Shown one piece after another: positions 28,851 through 39,280 of a stretch of 64,000 nt of DNA. This DNA is from a plasmid. The stretch lies in sequence record CP109674.1; one strand, 5' to 3'. A program made the translations under genes and the position numbers. The stretch's first letter is position 1, and each line of letters begins with the position of its first letter. The notes below the pieces were generated by a model that ran no database searches, had not been told where the DNA came from, and saw nothing but the letters and a program-made list of their open reading frames with translations.

Positions 28851-29670
28851 GGCACTGTTGCAAAGTTAGCGATGAGGCAGCCTTTTGTCTTATTCAAAGG
28901 CCTTACATTTCAAAAACTCTGCTTACCAGGCGCATTTCGCCCAGGGGATCACCATAATAAAATGCTGAGGCCTGGCCTTTGCGTAGTGCACGCATCACCT
29001 CAATACCTTTGATGGTGGCGTAAGCCGTCTTCATGGATTTAAATCCCAGCGTGGCGCCGATTATCCGTTTCAGTTTGCCATGATCGCATTCAATCACGTT
29101 GTTCCGGTACTTAATCTGTCGGTGTTCAACGTCAGACGGGCACCGGCCTTCGCGTTTGAGCAGAGCAAGCGCGCGACCATAGGCGGGCGCTTTATCCGTG
29201 TTGATGAATCGCGGGATCTGCCACTTCTTCACGTTGTTGAGGATTTTACCCAGAAACCGGTATGCAGCTTTGCTGTTACGACGGGAGGAGAGATAAAAAT
29301 CGACAGTGCGGCCCCGGCTGTCGACGGCCCGGTACAGATACGCCCAGCGGCCATTGACCTTCACGTAGGTTTCATCCATGTGCCACGGGCAAAGATCGGA
29401 AGGGTTACGCCAGTACCAGCGCAGCCGTTTTTCCATTTCAGGCGCATAACGCTGAACCCAGCGGTAAATCGTGGAGTGATCGACATTCACTCCGCGTTCA
29501 GCCAGCATCTCCTGCAGCTCACGGTAACTGATGCCGTATTTGCAGTACCAGCGTACGGCCCACAGAATGATGTCACGCTGAAAATGCCGGCCTTTGAATG
29601 GGTTCATGTGCAGCTCCATCAGCAAAAGGGGATGATAAGTTTATCACCACCGACTATTTGCAACAGTGCC
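28851..29670 (-). mobile_element. tnp26: IS26 copy 3; tnp26 CDS 28903-29607
   Basis: IRs and an identical Tnp26. Confidence 0.95.
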
Positions 29671-30034
29671 CTTCATCCGGGGTCAGCACCACCGGCAAGC
29701 GCCGCGACGGCCGAGGTCTTCCGATCTCCTGAAGCCAGGGCAGATCCGTGCACAGCACCTTGCCGTAGAAGAACAGCAAGGCCGCCAATGCCTGACGATG
29801 CGTGGAGACCGAAACCTTGCGCTCGTTCGCCAGCCAGGACAGAAATGCCTCGACTTCGCTGCTGCCCAAGGTTGCCGGGTGACGCACACCGTGGAAACGG
29901 ATGAAGGCACGAACCCAGTTGACATAAGCCTGTTCGGTTGGTAAGCTGTAATGCAAGTAGCGTATGCGCTCACGCAACTGGTCCAGAACCTTGACCGAAC
30001 GCAGCGGTGGTAACGGCGCAGTGGCGGTTTTCAT
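29671..30034 (-). pseudogene. intI1: Class 1 integron integrase intI1, truncated by IS26 (N-terminal ~121 aa remain)
   Basis: N-terminus [38 protein letters not shown]…. The ORF reads into the IS26 end. Confidence 0.9.
29919..29947 (+). promoter_or_regulatory. Pc cassette promoter, -35 TTGACA / 17 bp / -10 TAAGCT preceded by TGG (PcH2-like with TGN extended -10)
   Basis: Hexamers read directly within the intI1 coding region. The other two integrons here have TGGACA at -35. Confidence 0.7.
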
Positions 30035-30210
30035 GGCTTGTTATGACTGTTTTTTTGTACAGTCTATGCCTCGGGCATCCAAGCAGCAAGCGCGTTACGC
30101 CGTGGGTCGATGTTTGATGTTATGGAGCAGCAACGATGTTACGCAGCAACGATGTTACGCAGCAGGGCAGTCGCCCTAAAACAAAGTTAGGCATCACAAA
30201 GTACAGCATC
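30035..30210 (+). other. attI1 recombination site (integron 1), containing a 16-bp tandem duplication (30132-30163)
   Basis: Colinear with the attI1 regions at 36645-36796 and 50710-50752, except that AACGATGTTACGCAGC is tandemly duplicated. Confidence 0.7.
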
Positions 30211-30765
30211 GTGACCAACAGCAACGATTCCGTCACACTGCGCCTCATGACTGAGCATGACCTTGCGATGCTCTATGAGTGGCTAAATCGATCTCATATC
30301 GTCGAGTGGTGGGGCGGAGAAGAAGCACGCCCGACACTTGCTGACGTACAGGAACAGTACTTGCCAAGCGTTTTAGCGCAAGAGTCCGTCACTCCATACA
30401 TTGCAATGCTGAATGGAGAGCCGATTGGGTATGCCCAGTCGTACGTTGCTCTTGGAAGCGGGGACGGATGGTGGGAAGAAGAAACCGATCCAGGAGTACG
30501 CGGAATAGACCAGTTACTGGCGAATGCATCACAACTGGGCAAAGGCTTGGGAACCAAGCTGGTTCGAGCTCTGGTTGAGTTGCTGTTCAATGATCCCGAG
30601 GTCACCAAGATCCAAACGGACCCGTCGCCGAGCAACTTGCGAGCGATCCGATGCTACGAGAAAGCGGGGTTTGAGAGGCAAGGTACCGTAACCACCCCAG
30701 ATGGTCCAGCCGTGTACATGGTTCAAACACGCCAGGCATTCGAGCGAACACGCAGTGATGCCTAA
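30211..30765 (+). CDS. aac(6')-Ib: Aminoglycoside 6'-N-acetyltransferase AAC(6')-Ib (Leu at the L/S specificity position; W and D at the -cr positions, so not -cr)
   Basis: GTG start ([17 protein letters not shown]…) as at 37636 in copy 2. Motifs …[25 protein letters not shown]… and …[10 protein letters not shown]…. Confidence 0.9.
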   Translation: MTNSNDSVTLRLMTEHDLAMLYEWLNRSHIVEWWGGEEARPTLADVQEQYLPSVLAQESVTPYIAMLNGEPIGYAQSYVALGSGDGWWEEETDPGVRGIDQLLANASQLGKGLGTKLVRALVELLFNDPEVTKIQTDPSPSNLRAIRCYEKAGFERQGTVTTPDGPAVYMVQTRQAFERTRSDA

Positions 30766-30840
30766 CCCTTCCATCGAGGGGGACGTCCAAGGGCTGGCGC
30801 CCTTGGCCGCCCCTCATGTCAAACGTTAGGCGTCATGCAT
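30766..30840 (+). repeat. attC (59-be) of the aac(6')-Ib cassette
   Basis: Imperfect palindrome GCCTAACCCTTCCATCGAGGGGGACGTCCAAGGGCTGGCGCCCTTGGCCGCCCCTCATGTCAAACGTTAGGC. Confidence 0.8.
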
Positions 30841-30992
30841 GAACCACACCGTCCCCGCAGAGGTATCCGCTCAGGTGCGGATAGTCGTCGACGTCATAAA
30901 GTCACATTTGGAGCCTGTGCTTCTTGCCATTTGTCAATGGCCATTAATTTTGACCCACCTTTGGCCAATAAAATTGACCCACCCTTGCACGT

Positions 30993-31733
30993 TTAACCCG
31001 TTGTTTTCTGTTTCAGCCGATAGCTCTCTCCTCCCAGCATAAAGATGTGTGAGTGATGGATGATTCGGTCGATGATCGGTACTGCCACGTTGTCGTCGTG
31101 GAAGAACTCGCCCCAGCAGGTGAAGTCCTTGTTGGTGGTCAGGATGATAGACCGGTATTCGTACAGACTGTTGATCAGCTGGAACAGGTTGTAGCGGGCC
31201 TGCCGGGTCATGGGCAGGTAGCCCAGCTCATCGATGATCAAGAGGTCGACCTTGCTCAGCTGGCTGATTTTCTTTTTCAGCTCGCCCTTCATTTCTGCCA
31301 GCTCCAGTTCTTCCACCAACTCCAGCGCGGTGCGAAACAATACCCGGTATCCGGCCTCGACGGCCTTGTGGCCAATCCCGATGGCCAGGTGGGTCTTGCC
31401 CACGCCTGGCGGGCCGATGAAGATCACGTTGTTGCGCTCGTCGATGAACCGGAAGTCCAGCAGGCTGTTGATCTGGCGCTTGCTGATGGTGGTCTGGTGG
31501 CGATAGTCAAAGCCCTCCAGATGCTTGTGCGCAGGAAAGCCTGCCGTCTTGTAATTGCGCTGTACCCGGTTGGCCTGACGCTGCTGGAGTTCGTATTCAG
31601 CCAGTCGCTGTGCAAAGCTCAGGAACGACATTTCACTGGCTTCGGCCTCGGCCAGTAACTGGGCGAGCTCTGCGGCGATGGAGGTCATGCGCAGGCTACG
31701 GTACTGGGCGGCAGTCTGTTCAAGCATGCCCAT
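30993..31733 (-). CDS. istB: IS21-family helper ATPase IstB
   Basis: AAA+ Walker A and B motifs (…IFIGPPGVGKTHLAIGIG… LLIIDELGY). Confidence 0.8.
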   Translation of the reverse strand: MGMLEQTAAQYRSLRMTSIAAELAQLLAEAEASEMSFLSFAQRLAEYELQQRQANRVQRNYKTAGFPAHKHLEGFDYRHQTTISKRQINSLLDFRFIDERNNVIFIGPPGVGKTHLAIGIGHKAVEAGYRVLFRTALELVEELELAEMKGELKKKISQLSKVDLLIIDELGYLPMTRQARYNLFQLINSLYEYRSIILTTNKDFTCWGEFFHDDNVAVPIIDRIIHHSHIFMLGGESYRLKQKTTG

Positions 31734-33243
31734 GGGTCACCTCCTGGCCAGTCGAGCGGCCAAGCTGTCGGTATGCACTCAAGTCCAGCTCTGACGGAGC
31801 CTCTGGCACGGGCTCAGGCAGACGCTCACGCCGGCTGGCCAGCTGGGTGGCCACCAGATACGCTTCGATCTGTCGGGCGGTCAGGCCCGGCTTCTGGCTC
31901 AGGTTCAACAGCATGTCCCGTTCAACAGGTGCGTGCTTACTCAGCAGGTTGCGTACTGCGAACAGTTGATCCTTATAGACCTTGGGCAAGGATCTCCGCA
32001 ACTGATCACACAAGGCCAGGCTGAGTGCCTCGTCGCCCACCAGTACTTGAATGTCCTGCTCCAGCTGCTGCCGGCGCTGGGCATGGTCACGGTAGTGGTG
32101 GGTGTTTTTGATAATCTGACCTTTGCCGCCCGCCAACGCATGCTGGGCAATCACTTCGCCAGTTTGTAGATCAATCACATGCATCTGGCTGTCGTCTTCC
32201 AGCACACCGACACGGCTTTGCTGCCAGGCCATGGGCACAGAGTACTTGTTGGCCTTCCAGGAGATCAGTCCGGTCTTATCCGCCTTGCGGGTCTCACGGG
32301 CTTCAGATGTGACGCAAGAGGGTGACAGGTAGGGCTTGAGCAGAGCCTGTTCGTCACGTTCAAAACGCAGCTGAGGTGCCTCACCTGTGGTGCCGTGTGC
32401 CCGCACATTGGCGACCTTGTCCAGCCAGTGATGCACATGCTCGCGCAGGTGCTGCTCATCACGGAAGGTCTCGCCGTAAAAGCAGTCCTGCTTGACGTAT
32501 TTGACGCCCGCTTCAACCTTGCCCTTGCTCTCGGGGTCATAGCCTTCGCAAGCATGGATACGAAAGCCGGCTGTGGTGGCGTACTGATGAAAACGCTCGT
32601 TGAGGGTCAGCTCCCGGTATTTCTCCTCAATCACCACCAGCTTGGTCTGGTCGTACACCAGCTCTTCAGGCATGCCGCCAAAGTAGCGCAGCGCTTCGTC
32701 ATGCAGCTGGATGAACTGCCGGGTATCCAGCGGCTTAAACGACAGGCCCACATACATCAGCCGCGAGTACGCCAGCACAAACACAACAAAGTGCACCACT
32801 GTTTCCACGCCACCAATCAGCACGTTACGCAGCTCGCCCGGGTCAACCTGGCACTGCACACCCGGCACCTCATCAACCACCGGCTCGTAATATCGGTGCT
32901 GACCGGTTGCAACCTCTTCCTTCAGCGCGCTGACGTAACGACGAATACTGCGCTCGGAGGTCGGCAGCTCACCCAGTTTCTCCTTGAGCTTGCGGGCAAT
33001 CTTGACTGCACTGAGCCCGGGAAAGCTGGCCAGCAAGCTGATCAGGTATCCCCGGTAGGTGTCGAGCTGTTTGCTGCGGACAGGGTTATCCAGCTTGCGG
33101 GCAGTGGTTGTTTCATCCTGACGCAGATACTTGCGCACGCTGTTGCGCGAGATGCCCAGCTCCCGGCTGATGGCCCGAATGGAAAGTCCTTTGCCATCGT
33201 CATGTAATGATTTTATTTTGTGTATCACGTTCCACCTCATCAT
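31720..33243 (-). CDS. istA: IS21-family transposase IstA
   Basis: 507-aa ORF with N-terminal HTH motifs and a DDE core. It overlaps istB. Confidence 0.8.
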   Translation of the reverse strand: MMRWNVIHKIKSLHDDGKGLSIRAISRELGISRNSVRKYLRQDETTTARKLDNPVRSKQLDTYRGYLISLLASFPGLSAVKIARKLKEKLGELPTSERSIRRYVSALKEEVATGQHRYYEPVVDEVPGVQCQVDPGELRNVLIGGVETVVHFVVFVLAYSRLMYVGLSFKPLDTRQFIQLHDEALRYFGGMPEELVYDQTKLVVIEEKYRELTLNERFHQYATTAGFRIHACEGYDPESKGKVEAGVKYVKQDCFYGETFRDEQHLREHVHHWLDKVANVRAHGTTGEAPQLRFERDEQALLKPYLSPSCVTSEARETRKADKTGLISWKANKYSVPMAWQQSRVGVLEDDSQMHVIDLQTGEVIAQHALAGGKGQIIKNTHHYRDHAQRRQQLEQDIQVLVGDEALSLALCDQLRRSLPKVYKDQLFAVRNLLSKHAPVERDMLLNLSQKPGLTARQIEAYLVATQLASRRERLPEPVPEAPSELDLSAYRQLGRSTGQEVTHGHA

Positions 33244-33335
33244 CAGAACGGTTCCCGGCCTGCCAAAAGGCTGGGAACCCTATCTGCATTTCTGGCCGGT
33301 TGGCCACCTTGGGGTGGGTCAAAATTAATGGCCAG

Positions 33336-34155
33336 GGCACTGTTGCAAAGTTAGCGATGAGGCAGCCTTTTGTCTTATTCAAAGGCCTTACATTTCAAAA
33401 ACTCTGCTTACCAGGCGCATTTCGCCCAGGGGATCACCATAATAAAATGCTGAGGCCTGGCCTTTGCGTAGTGCACGCATCACCTCAATACCTTTGATGG
33501 TGGCGTAAGCCGTCTTCATGGATTTAAATCCCAGCGTGGCGCCGATTATCCGTTTCAGTTTGCCATGATCGCATTCAATCACGTTGTTCCGGTACTTAAT
33601 CTGTCGGTGTTCAACGTCAGACGGGCACCGGCCTTCGCGTTTGAGCAGAGCAAGCGCGCGACCATAGGCGGGCGCTTTATCCGTGTTGATGAATCGCGGG
33701 ATCTGCCACTTCTTCACGTTGTTGAGGATTTTACCCAGAAACCGGTATGCAGCTTTGCTGTTACGACGGGAGGAGAGATAAAAATCGACAGTGCGGCCCC
33801 GGCTGTCGACGGCCCGGTACAGATACGCCCAGCGGCCATTGACCTTCACGTAGGTTTCATCCATGTGCCACGGGCAAAGATCGGAAGGGTTACGCCAGTA
33901 CCAGCGCAGCCGTTTTTCCATTTCAGGCGCATAACGCTGAACCCAGCGGTAAATCGTGGAGTGATCGACATTCACTCCGCGTTCAGCCAGCATCTCCTGC
34001 AGCTCACGGTAACTGATGCCGTATTTGCAGTACCAGCGTACGGCCCACAGAATGATGTCACGCTGAAAATGCCGGCCTTTGAATGGGTTCATGTGCAGCT
34101 CCATCAGCAAAAGGGGATGATAAGTTTATCACCACCGACTATTTGCAACAGTGCC
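33336..34155 (-). mobile_element. tnp26: IS26 copy 4; tnp26 CDS 33388-34092
   Basis: IRs and an identical Tnp26. It abuts the IS21-family element. Confidence 0.95.
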
Positions 34156-34300
34156 GCAACAGCCATCACCAACACAACATCTTGTGCGCCGGCAGCTGAT
34201 CGCGGCCACCATATCTAGTGTTTCAATTTTGGATTGCGCAATCCAAAATAGGCGTAAAAATAACGATGGTTTTCTTTACATGATTGGATTTGCTGGCCAC

Positions 34301-34393
34301 TGTCATTTTCAGAAGACGACTGCACCAGACAACGCGGTTTGAAGGCTGTTGTGCAGTCGTCTATTGAACGAACAGTATCAGGAGTCCGCTGCA
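34301..34393 (+). repeat. Tn402-family IRt end: 25-bp IRt (34301-34325) plus two internal 19-bp TniA-type repeats (34351-34369, 34375-34393)
   Basis: TGTCATTTTCAGAAGACGACTGCAC matches the class 1 integron/Tn402 IRt. The inner repeats are GTGCAGTCGTCTATTGAAC and, on the opposite strand, GTGCAGCGGACTCCTGATA. Confidence 0.8.
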
Positions 34394-34599
34394 CGAATGA
34401 TGACCTCAAGCCGGTTCTGGTCGCGCTGGCGACCGATCAGCCCCTGGATGTGCGATACCGCGACCACGATCTTTCCGGCGATTGGGCGGGCTACCGCGAA
34501 TGCTACATCAAGCCCGACCTGCTGCTGATCTACCGCAAGTCCGACGCCGACACCCTGCGACTGGCGCGGCTTGGCTCCCATAGCGAGCTGTTCGGCTGA
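34394..34599 (+). pseudogene. YafQ/RelE-family toxin fragment (C-terminal ~68 aa), N-terminus replaced by IRt-end sequence
   Basis: …RDHDLSGDWAGYRECYIKPDLLLIYRKSDADTLRLARLGSHSELFG resembles the YafQ C-terminus (…KDHPLQGSWKGYRDAHVEPDWILIY… RTGTHAALFG). Confidence 0.55.
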
Positions 34600-34727
34600 T
34601 GCCAGTCGCCTTGTCCGCCAAACGATCATTAGTCGGCCATGCCGGACACTGTCCAGCAAAGTTATTGCACAACGGGTTGTCGGACATTAAGATAGGCGGA
34701 CGGAATGACGGACAAGAGAGGCGGCAA

Positions 34728-35294
34728 ATGGCACTGATCGGCTATGCGCGGGTATCGACGGCGGAACAGGACACCGCCTTGCAGACGGATGCGCTACGCA
34801 AGGCAGGCTGCGAGCGCGTTTTCGAGGACACGGCTTCCGGGGCCAAGGCCGACCGCCCCGGCTTGGCTGATGCGCTGGCCTACCTGCGCGACGGCGACGT
34901 GCTGGCCGTCTGGCGGCTGGATCGGCTCGGGCGCTCTATGCCGCACCTAATCGAAACGATAGGCGCGCTGGAAGCGCGAGGCGTCGGCTTCCGTTCTCTG
35001 ACGGAAGCCATCGACACCACCACGCCAGGCGGGCGGCTCATCTTCCACGTGTTCGGCGCGCTGGGCCAGTTCGAGCGCGACTTGATCCGCGAGCGCACCA
35101 AGGCCGGGTTGACTGCCGCCGCCGCTCGTGGGAGGAAGGGCGGGCGAAAGCCGGTTGTCACCGCCGACAAGTTGCAGCGAGCGCGGGAGCACATCGCCAA
35201 CGGGCTTAATGTCCGAGAGGCCGCTACACGGCTCAAGGTGAGCAAGACGGCCCTGTACACCGCGCTGCAATCCACCAGTGCAGCCGACTCCTGA
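34728..35294 (+). CDS. tniR: Serine resolvase (TniR/TniC-like)
   Basis: 188-aa ORF beginning MALIGYARVSTAEQD… with a C-terminal HTH. Its stop lies inside a 19-bp repeat of the right-hand IRt end. Confidence 0.65.
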   Translation: MALIGYARVSTAEQDTALQTDALRKAGCERVFEDTASGAKADRPGLADALAYLRDGDVLAVWRLDRLGRSMPHLIETIGALEARGVGFRSLTEAIDTTTPGGRLIFHVFGALGQFERDLIRERTKAGLTAAAARGRKGGRKPVVTADKLQRAREHIANGLNVREAATRLKVSKTALYTALQSTSAADS

Positions 35295-35300
35295 TATTCC

Positions 35301-35325
35301 GTGCAGTCGTCTTCTGAAAATGACA
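35301..35325 (-). repeat. Second IRt copy, inverted, with the inner repeat deleted
   Basis: GTGCAGTCGTCTTCTGAAAATGACA is the reverse complement of IRt. Relative to the left IRt end, the ~51 bp carrying the t2 repeat is missing. Confidence 0.8.
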
Positions 35326-35439
35326 CTCACGCGCAGGTAGATGCGTGCGACTTTCATGCGGGCCTCCTGGTCATTTTGGGTATAGGGAAAATGACCATTG
35401 TTTCACGCCTAGCCAAAAAGGGAAGGTTCCCGGTTCAAA

Positions 35440-35488
35440 TGTCGTTTTCAGAAGACGGCTGCACTGAACGTCAGAAGCCGACTGCACT
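35440..35488 (+). repeat. Class 1 integron IRi (25 bp) plus second 19-bp repeat
   Basis: TGTCGTTTTCAGAAGACGGCTGCAC TGAACGTCAGAAGCCGACTGCAC, followed by the 3' end of intI1. Confidence 0.9.
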
Positions 35489-35641
35489 ATAGCAGCGGAG
35501 GGGTTGGATCCATCAGGCAACGACGGGCTGCTGCCGGCCATCAGCGGACGCAGGGAGGACTTTCCGCAACCGGCCGTTCGATGCGGCACCGATGGCCTTC
35601 GCGCAGGGGTAGTGAATCCGCCAGGATTGACTTGCGCTGCC

Positions 35642-36644
35642 CTACCTCTCACTAGTGAGGGGCGGCAGCGCATCAAGCGGTGAGCGCACTCCGGCACCGC
35701 CAACTTTCAGCACATGCGTGTAAATCATCGTCGTAGAGACGTCGGAATGGCCGAGCAGATCCTGCACGGTTCGAATGTCGTAACCGCTGCGGAGCAAGGC
35801 CGTCGCGAACGAGTGGCGGAGGGTGTGCGGTGTGGCGGGCTTCGTGATGCCTGCTTGTTCTACGGCACGTTTGAAGGCGCGCTGAAAGGTCTGGTCATAC
35901 ATGTGATGGCGACGCACGACACCGCTCCGTGGATCGGTCGAATGCGTGTGCTGCGCAAAAACCCAGAACCACGGCCAGGAATGCCCGGCGCGCGGATACT
36001 TCCGCTCAAGGGCGTCGGGAAGCGCAACGCCGCTGCGGCCCTCGGCCTGGTCCTTCAGCCACCATGCCCGTGCACGCGACAGCTGCTCGCGCAGGCTGGG
36101 TGCCAAGCTCTCGGGTAACATCAAGGCCCGATCCTTGGAGCCCTTGCCCTCCCGCACGATGATCGTGCCGTGGATCCTTGACCCGCAGTTGCAAACCCTC
36201 ACTGATCCGCATGCCCGTTCCATACAGAAGCTGGGCGAACAAACGATGCTCGCCTTCCAGAAAACCGAGGATGCGAACCACTTCATCCGGGGTCAGCACC
36301 ACCGGCAAGCGCCGCGACGGCCGAGGTCTTCCGATCTCCTGAAGCCAGGGCAGATCCGTGCACAGCACCTTGCCGTAGAAGAACAGCAAGGCCGCCAATG
36401 CCTGACGATGCGTGGAGACCGAAACCTTGCGCTCGTTCGCCAGCCAGGACAGAAATGCCTCGACTTCGCTGCTGCCCAAGGTTGCCGGGTGACGCACACC
36501 GTGGAAACGGATGAAGGCACGAACCCAGTGGACATAAGCCTGTTCGGTTGGTAAGCTGTAATGCAAGTAGCGTATGCGCTCACGCAACTGGTCCAGAACC
36601 TTGACCGAACGCAGCGGTGGTAACGGCGCAGTGGCGGTTTTCAT
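35642..36644 (-). pseudogene. intI1: intI1 with an 11-bp internal deletion (frameshift after …LQLRVKD)
   Basis: Two overlapping ORFs (36006-36644 and 35642-36286). Alignment with the intact copy at 49696-50709 shows ATCGAAATCCA missing near 36172 (1003 nt against 1014 nt). Confidence 0.85.
36529..36557 (+). promoter_or_regulatory. Pc promoter, -35 TGGACA / 17 bp / TGG-TAAGCT (PcW with TGN-10)
   Basis: Hexamers read directly. The same arrangement occurs at 50594-50622 in integron 3. Confidence 0.7.
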
Positions 36645-37537
<893 letters not shown>

Positions 37538-37635
37538 ATTTCTAACAAGGCGGTGAAACTCATTCCGCTTCGCTTCACTGGACGCCGCAAGCGGCGCCGT
37601 TTACCTTCGCGTTAGGCATCACAAAGTACAGCATC

Positions 37636-38190
37636 GTGACCAACAGCACCGATTCCGTCACACTGCGCCTCATGACTGAGCATGACCTTGCGATGCTCTA
37701 TGAGTGGCTAAATCGATCTCATATCGTCGAGTGGTGGGGCGGAGAAGAAGCACGCCCGACACTTGCTGACGTACAGGAACAGTACTTGCCAAGCGTTTTA
37801 GCGCAAGAGTCCGTCACTCCATACATTGCAATGCTGAATGGAGAGCCGATTGGGTATGCCCAGTCGTACGTTGCTCTTGGAAGCGGGGACGGATGGTGGG
37901 AAGAAGAAACCGATCCAGGAGTACGCGGAATAGACCAGTCACTGGCGAATGCATCACAACTGGGCAAAGGCTTGGGAACCAAGCTGGTTCGAGCTCTGGT
38001 TGAGTTGCTGTTCAATGATCCCGAGGTCACCAAGATCCAAACGGACCCGTCGCCGAGCAACTTGCGAGCGATCCGATGCTACGAGAAAGCGGGGTTTGAG
38101 AGGCAAGGTACCGTAACCACCCCAGATGGTCCAGCCGTGTACATGGTTCAAACACGCCAGGCATTCGAGCGAACACGCAGTGATGCCTAA
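37636..38190 (+). CDS. aac(6')-Ib': AAC(6')-Ib' (Ser at the L/S position, the gentamicin-type allele) gene cassette
   Basis: Identical to the copy at 30211 except …[11 protein letters not shown]… (S instead of L) and the N-terminal TNSTD. Confidence 0.85.
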   Translation: MTNSTDSVTLRLMTEHDLAMLYEWLNRSHIVEWWGGEEARPTLADVQEQYLPSVLAQESVTPYIAMLNGEPIGYAQSYVALGSGDGWWEEETDPGVRGIDQSLANASQLGKGLGTKLVRALVELLFNDPEVTKIQTDPSPSNLRAIRCYEKAGFERQGTVTTPDGPAVYMVQTRQAFERTRSDA

Positions 38191-38284
38191 CCCTTCCATC
38201 GAGGGGGACGTCCAAGGGCTGGCGCCCTTGGCCGCCCCTCATGTCAAACGTTAGACGGCAAAGTCACAGACCGCGGGATCTCTT

Positions 38285-38917
38285 ATGACCAACTACTTTG
38301 ATAGCCCCTTCAAAGGCAAGCTGCTTTCTGAGCAAGTGAAGAACCCCAATATCAAAGTTGGGCGGTACAGCTATTACTCTGGCTACTATCATGGGCACTC
38401 ATTCGATGACTGCGCACGGTATCTGTTTCCGGACCGTGATGACGTTGATAAGTTGATCATCGGTAGTTTCTGCTCTATCGGGAGTGGGGCTTCCTTTATC
38501 ATGGCTGGCAATCAGGGGCATCGGTACGACTGGGCATCATCTTTCCCGTTCTTTTATATGCAGGAAGAACCTGCATTCTCAAGCGCACTCGATGCCTTCC
38601 AAAAAGCAGGTAATACTGTCATTGGCAATGACGTTTGGATCGGCTCTGAGGCAATGGTCATGCCCGGAATCAAGATCGGGCACGGTGCGGTGATAGGCAG
38701 CCGCTCGTTGGTGACAAAAGATGTGGAGCCTTACGCTATCGTTGGCGGCAATCCCGCTAAGAAGATTAAGAAACGCTTCACCGATGAGGAAATTTCATTG
38801 CTTCTGGAGATGGAGTGGTGGAATTGGTCACTGGAGAAGATCAAAGCGGCAATGCCCATGCTGTGCTCGTCTAATATTGTTGGCCTGCACAAGTATTGGC
38901 TCGAGTTTGCCGTCTAA
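38285..38917 (+). CDS. catB3: Chloramphenicol acetyltransferase CatB3 gene cassette
   Basis: 210-aa xenobiotic acetyltransferase with hexapeptide repeats, beginning [46 protein letters not shown]…. Confidence 0.9.
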   Translation: MTNYFDSPFKGKLLSEQVKNPNIKVGRYSYYSGYYHGHSFDDCARYLFPDRDDVDKLIIGSFCSIGSGASFIMAGNQGHRYDWASSFPFFYMQEEPAFSSALDAFQKAGNTVIGNDVWIGSEAMVMPGIKIGHGAVIGSRSLVTKDVEPYAIVGGNPAKKIKKRFTDEEISLLLEMEWWNWSLEKIKAAMPMLCSSNIVGLHKYWLEFAV

Positions 38918-38932
38918 TTCAGGCGATATATC

Positions 38933-39280
38933 ATGAAAGGCTGGCTTTTTCTTGTTATCGCAATAGTTGGCGAAGTAATCGCAACATCCGCATTAAAATC
39001 TAGCGAGGGCTTTACTAAGCTTGCCCCTTCCGCCGTTGTCATAATCGGTTATGGCATCGCATTTTATTTTCTTTCTCTGGTTCTGAAATCCATCCCTGTC
39101 GGTGTTGCTTATGCAGTCTGGTCGGGACTCGGCGTCGTCATAATTACAGCCATTGCCTGGTTGCTTCATGGGCAAAAGCTTGATGCGTGGGGCTTTGTAG
39201 GTATGGGGCTCATAATTGCTGCCTTTTTGCTCGCCCGATCCCCATCGTGGAAGTCGCTGCGGAGGCCGACGCCATGGTGA
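38933..39280 (+). CDS. qacEdelta1: QacEdelta1 SMR efflux protein (3'-CS)
   Basis: 115-aa ORF beginning [30 protein letters not shown]…. It overlaps the sul1 start. Confidence 0.9.
   Translation: MKGWLFLVIAIVGEVIATSALKSSEGFTKLAPSAVVIIGYGIAFYFLSLVLKSIPVGVAYAVWSGLGVVIITAIAWLLHGQKLDAWGFVGMGLIIAAFLLARSPSWKSLRRPTPW

Larger units (their letters stand above)
30948..33334 (-). mobile_element. IS21-family element (IS1326-like, 2387 bp): istA 31720-33243, istB 30993-31733
   Basis: Terminal inverted repeats TGGCCATTAATTTTGACCCACC… with multiple internal TTGACCCA repeats. IstA is 507 aa (HTH plus DDE). IstB is 246 aa with a Walker A motif (GPPGVGKTHLA). Confidence 0.8.
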
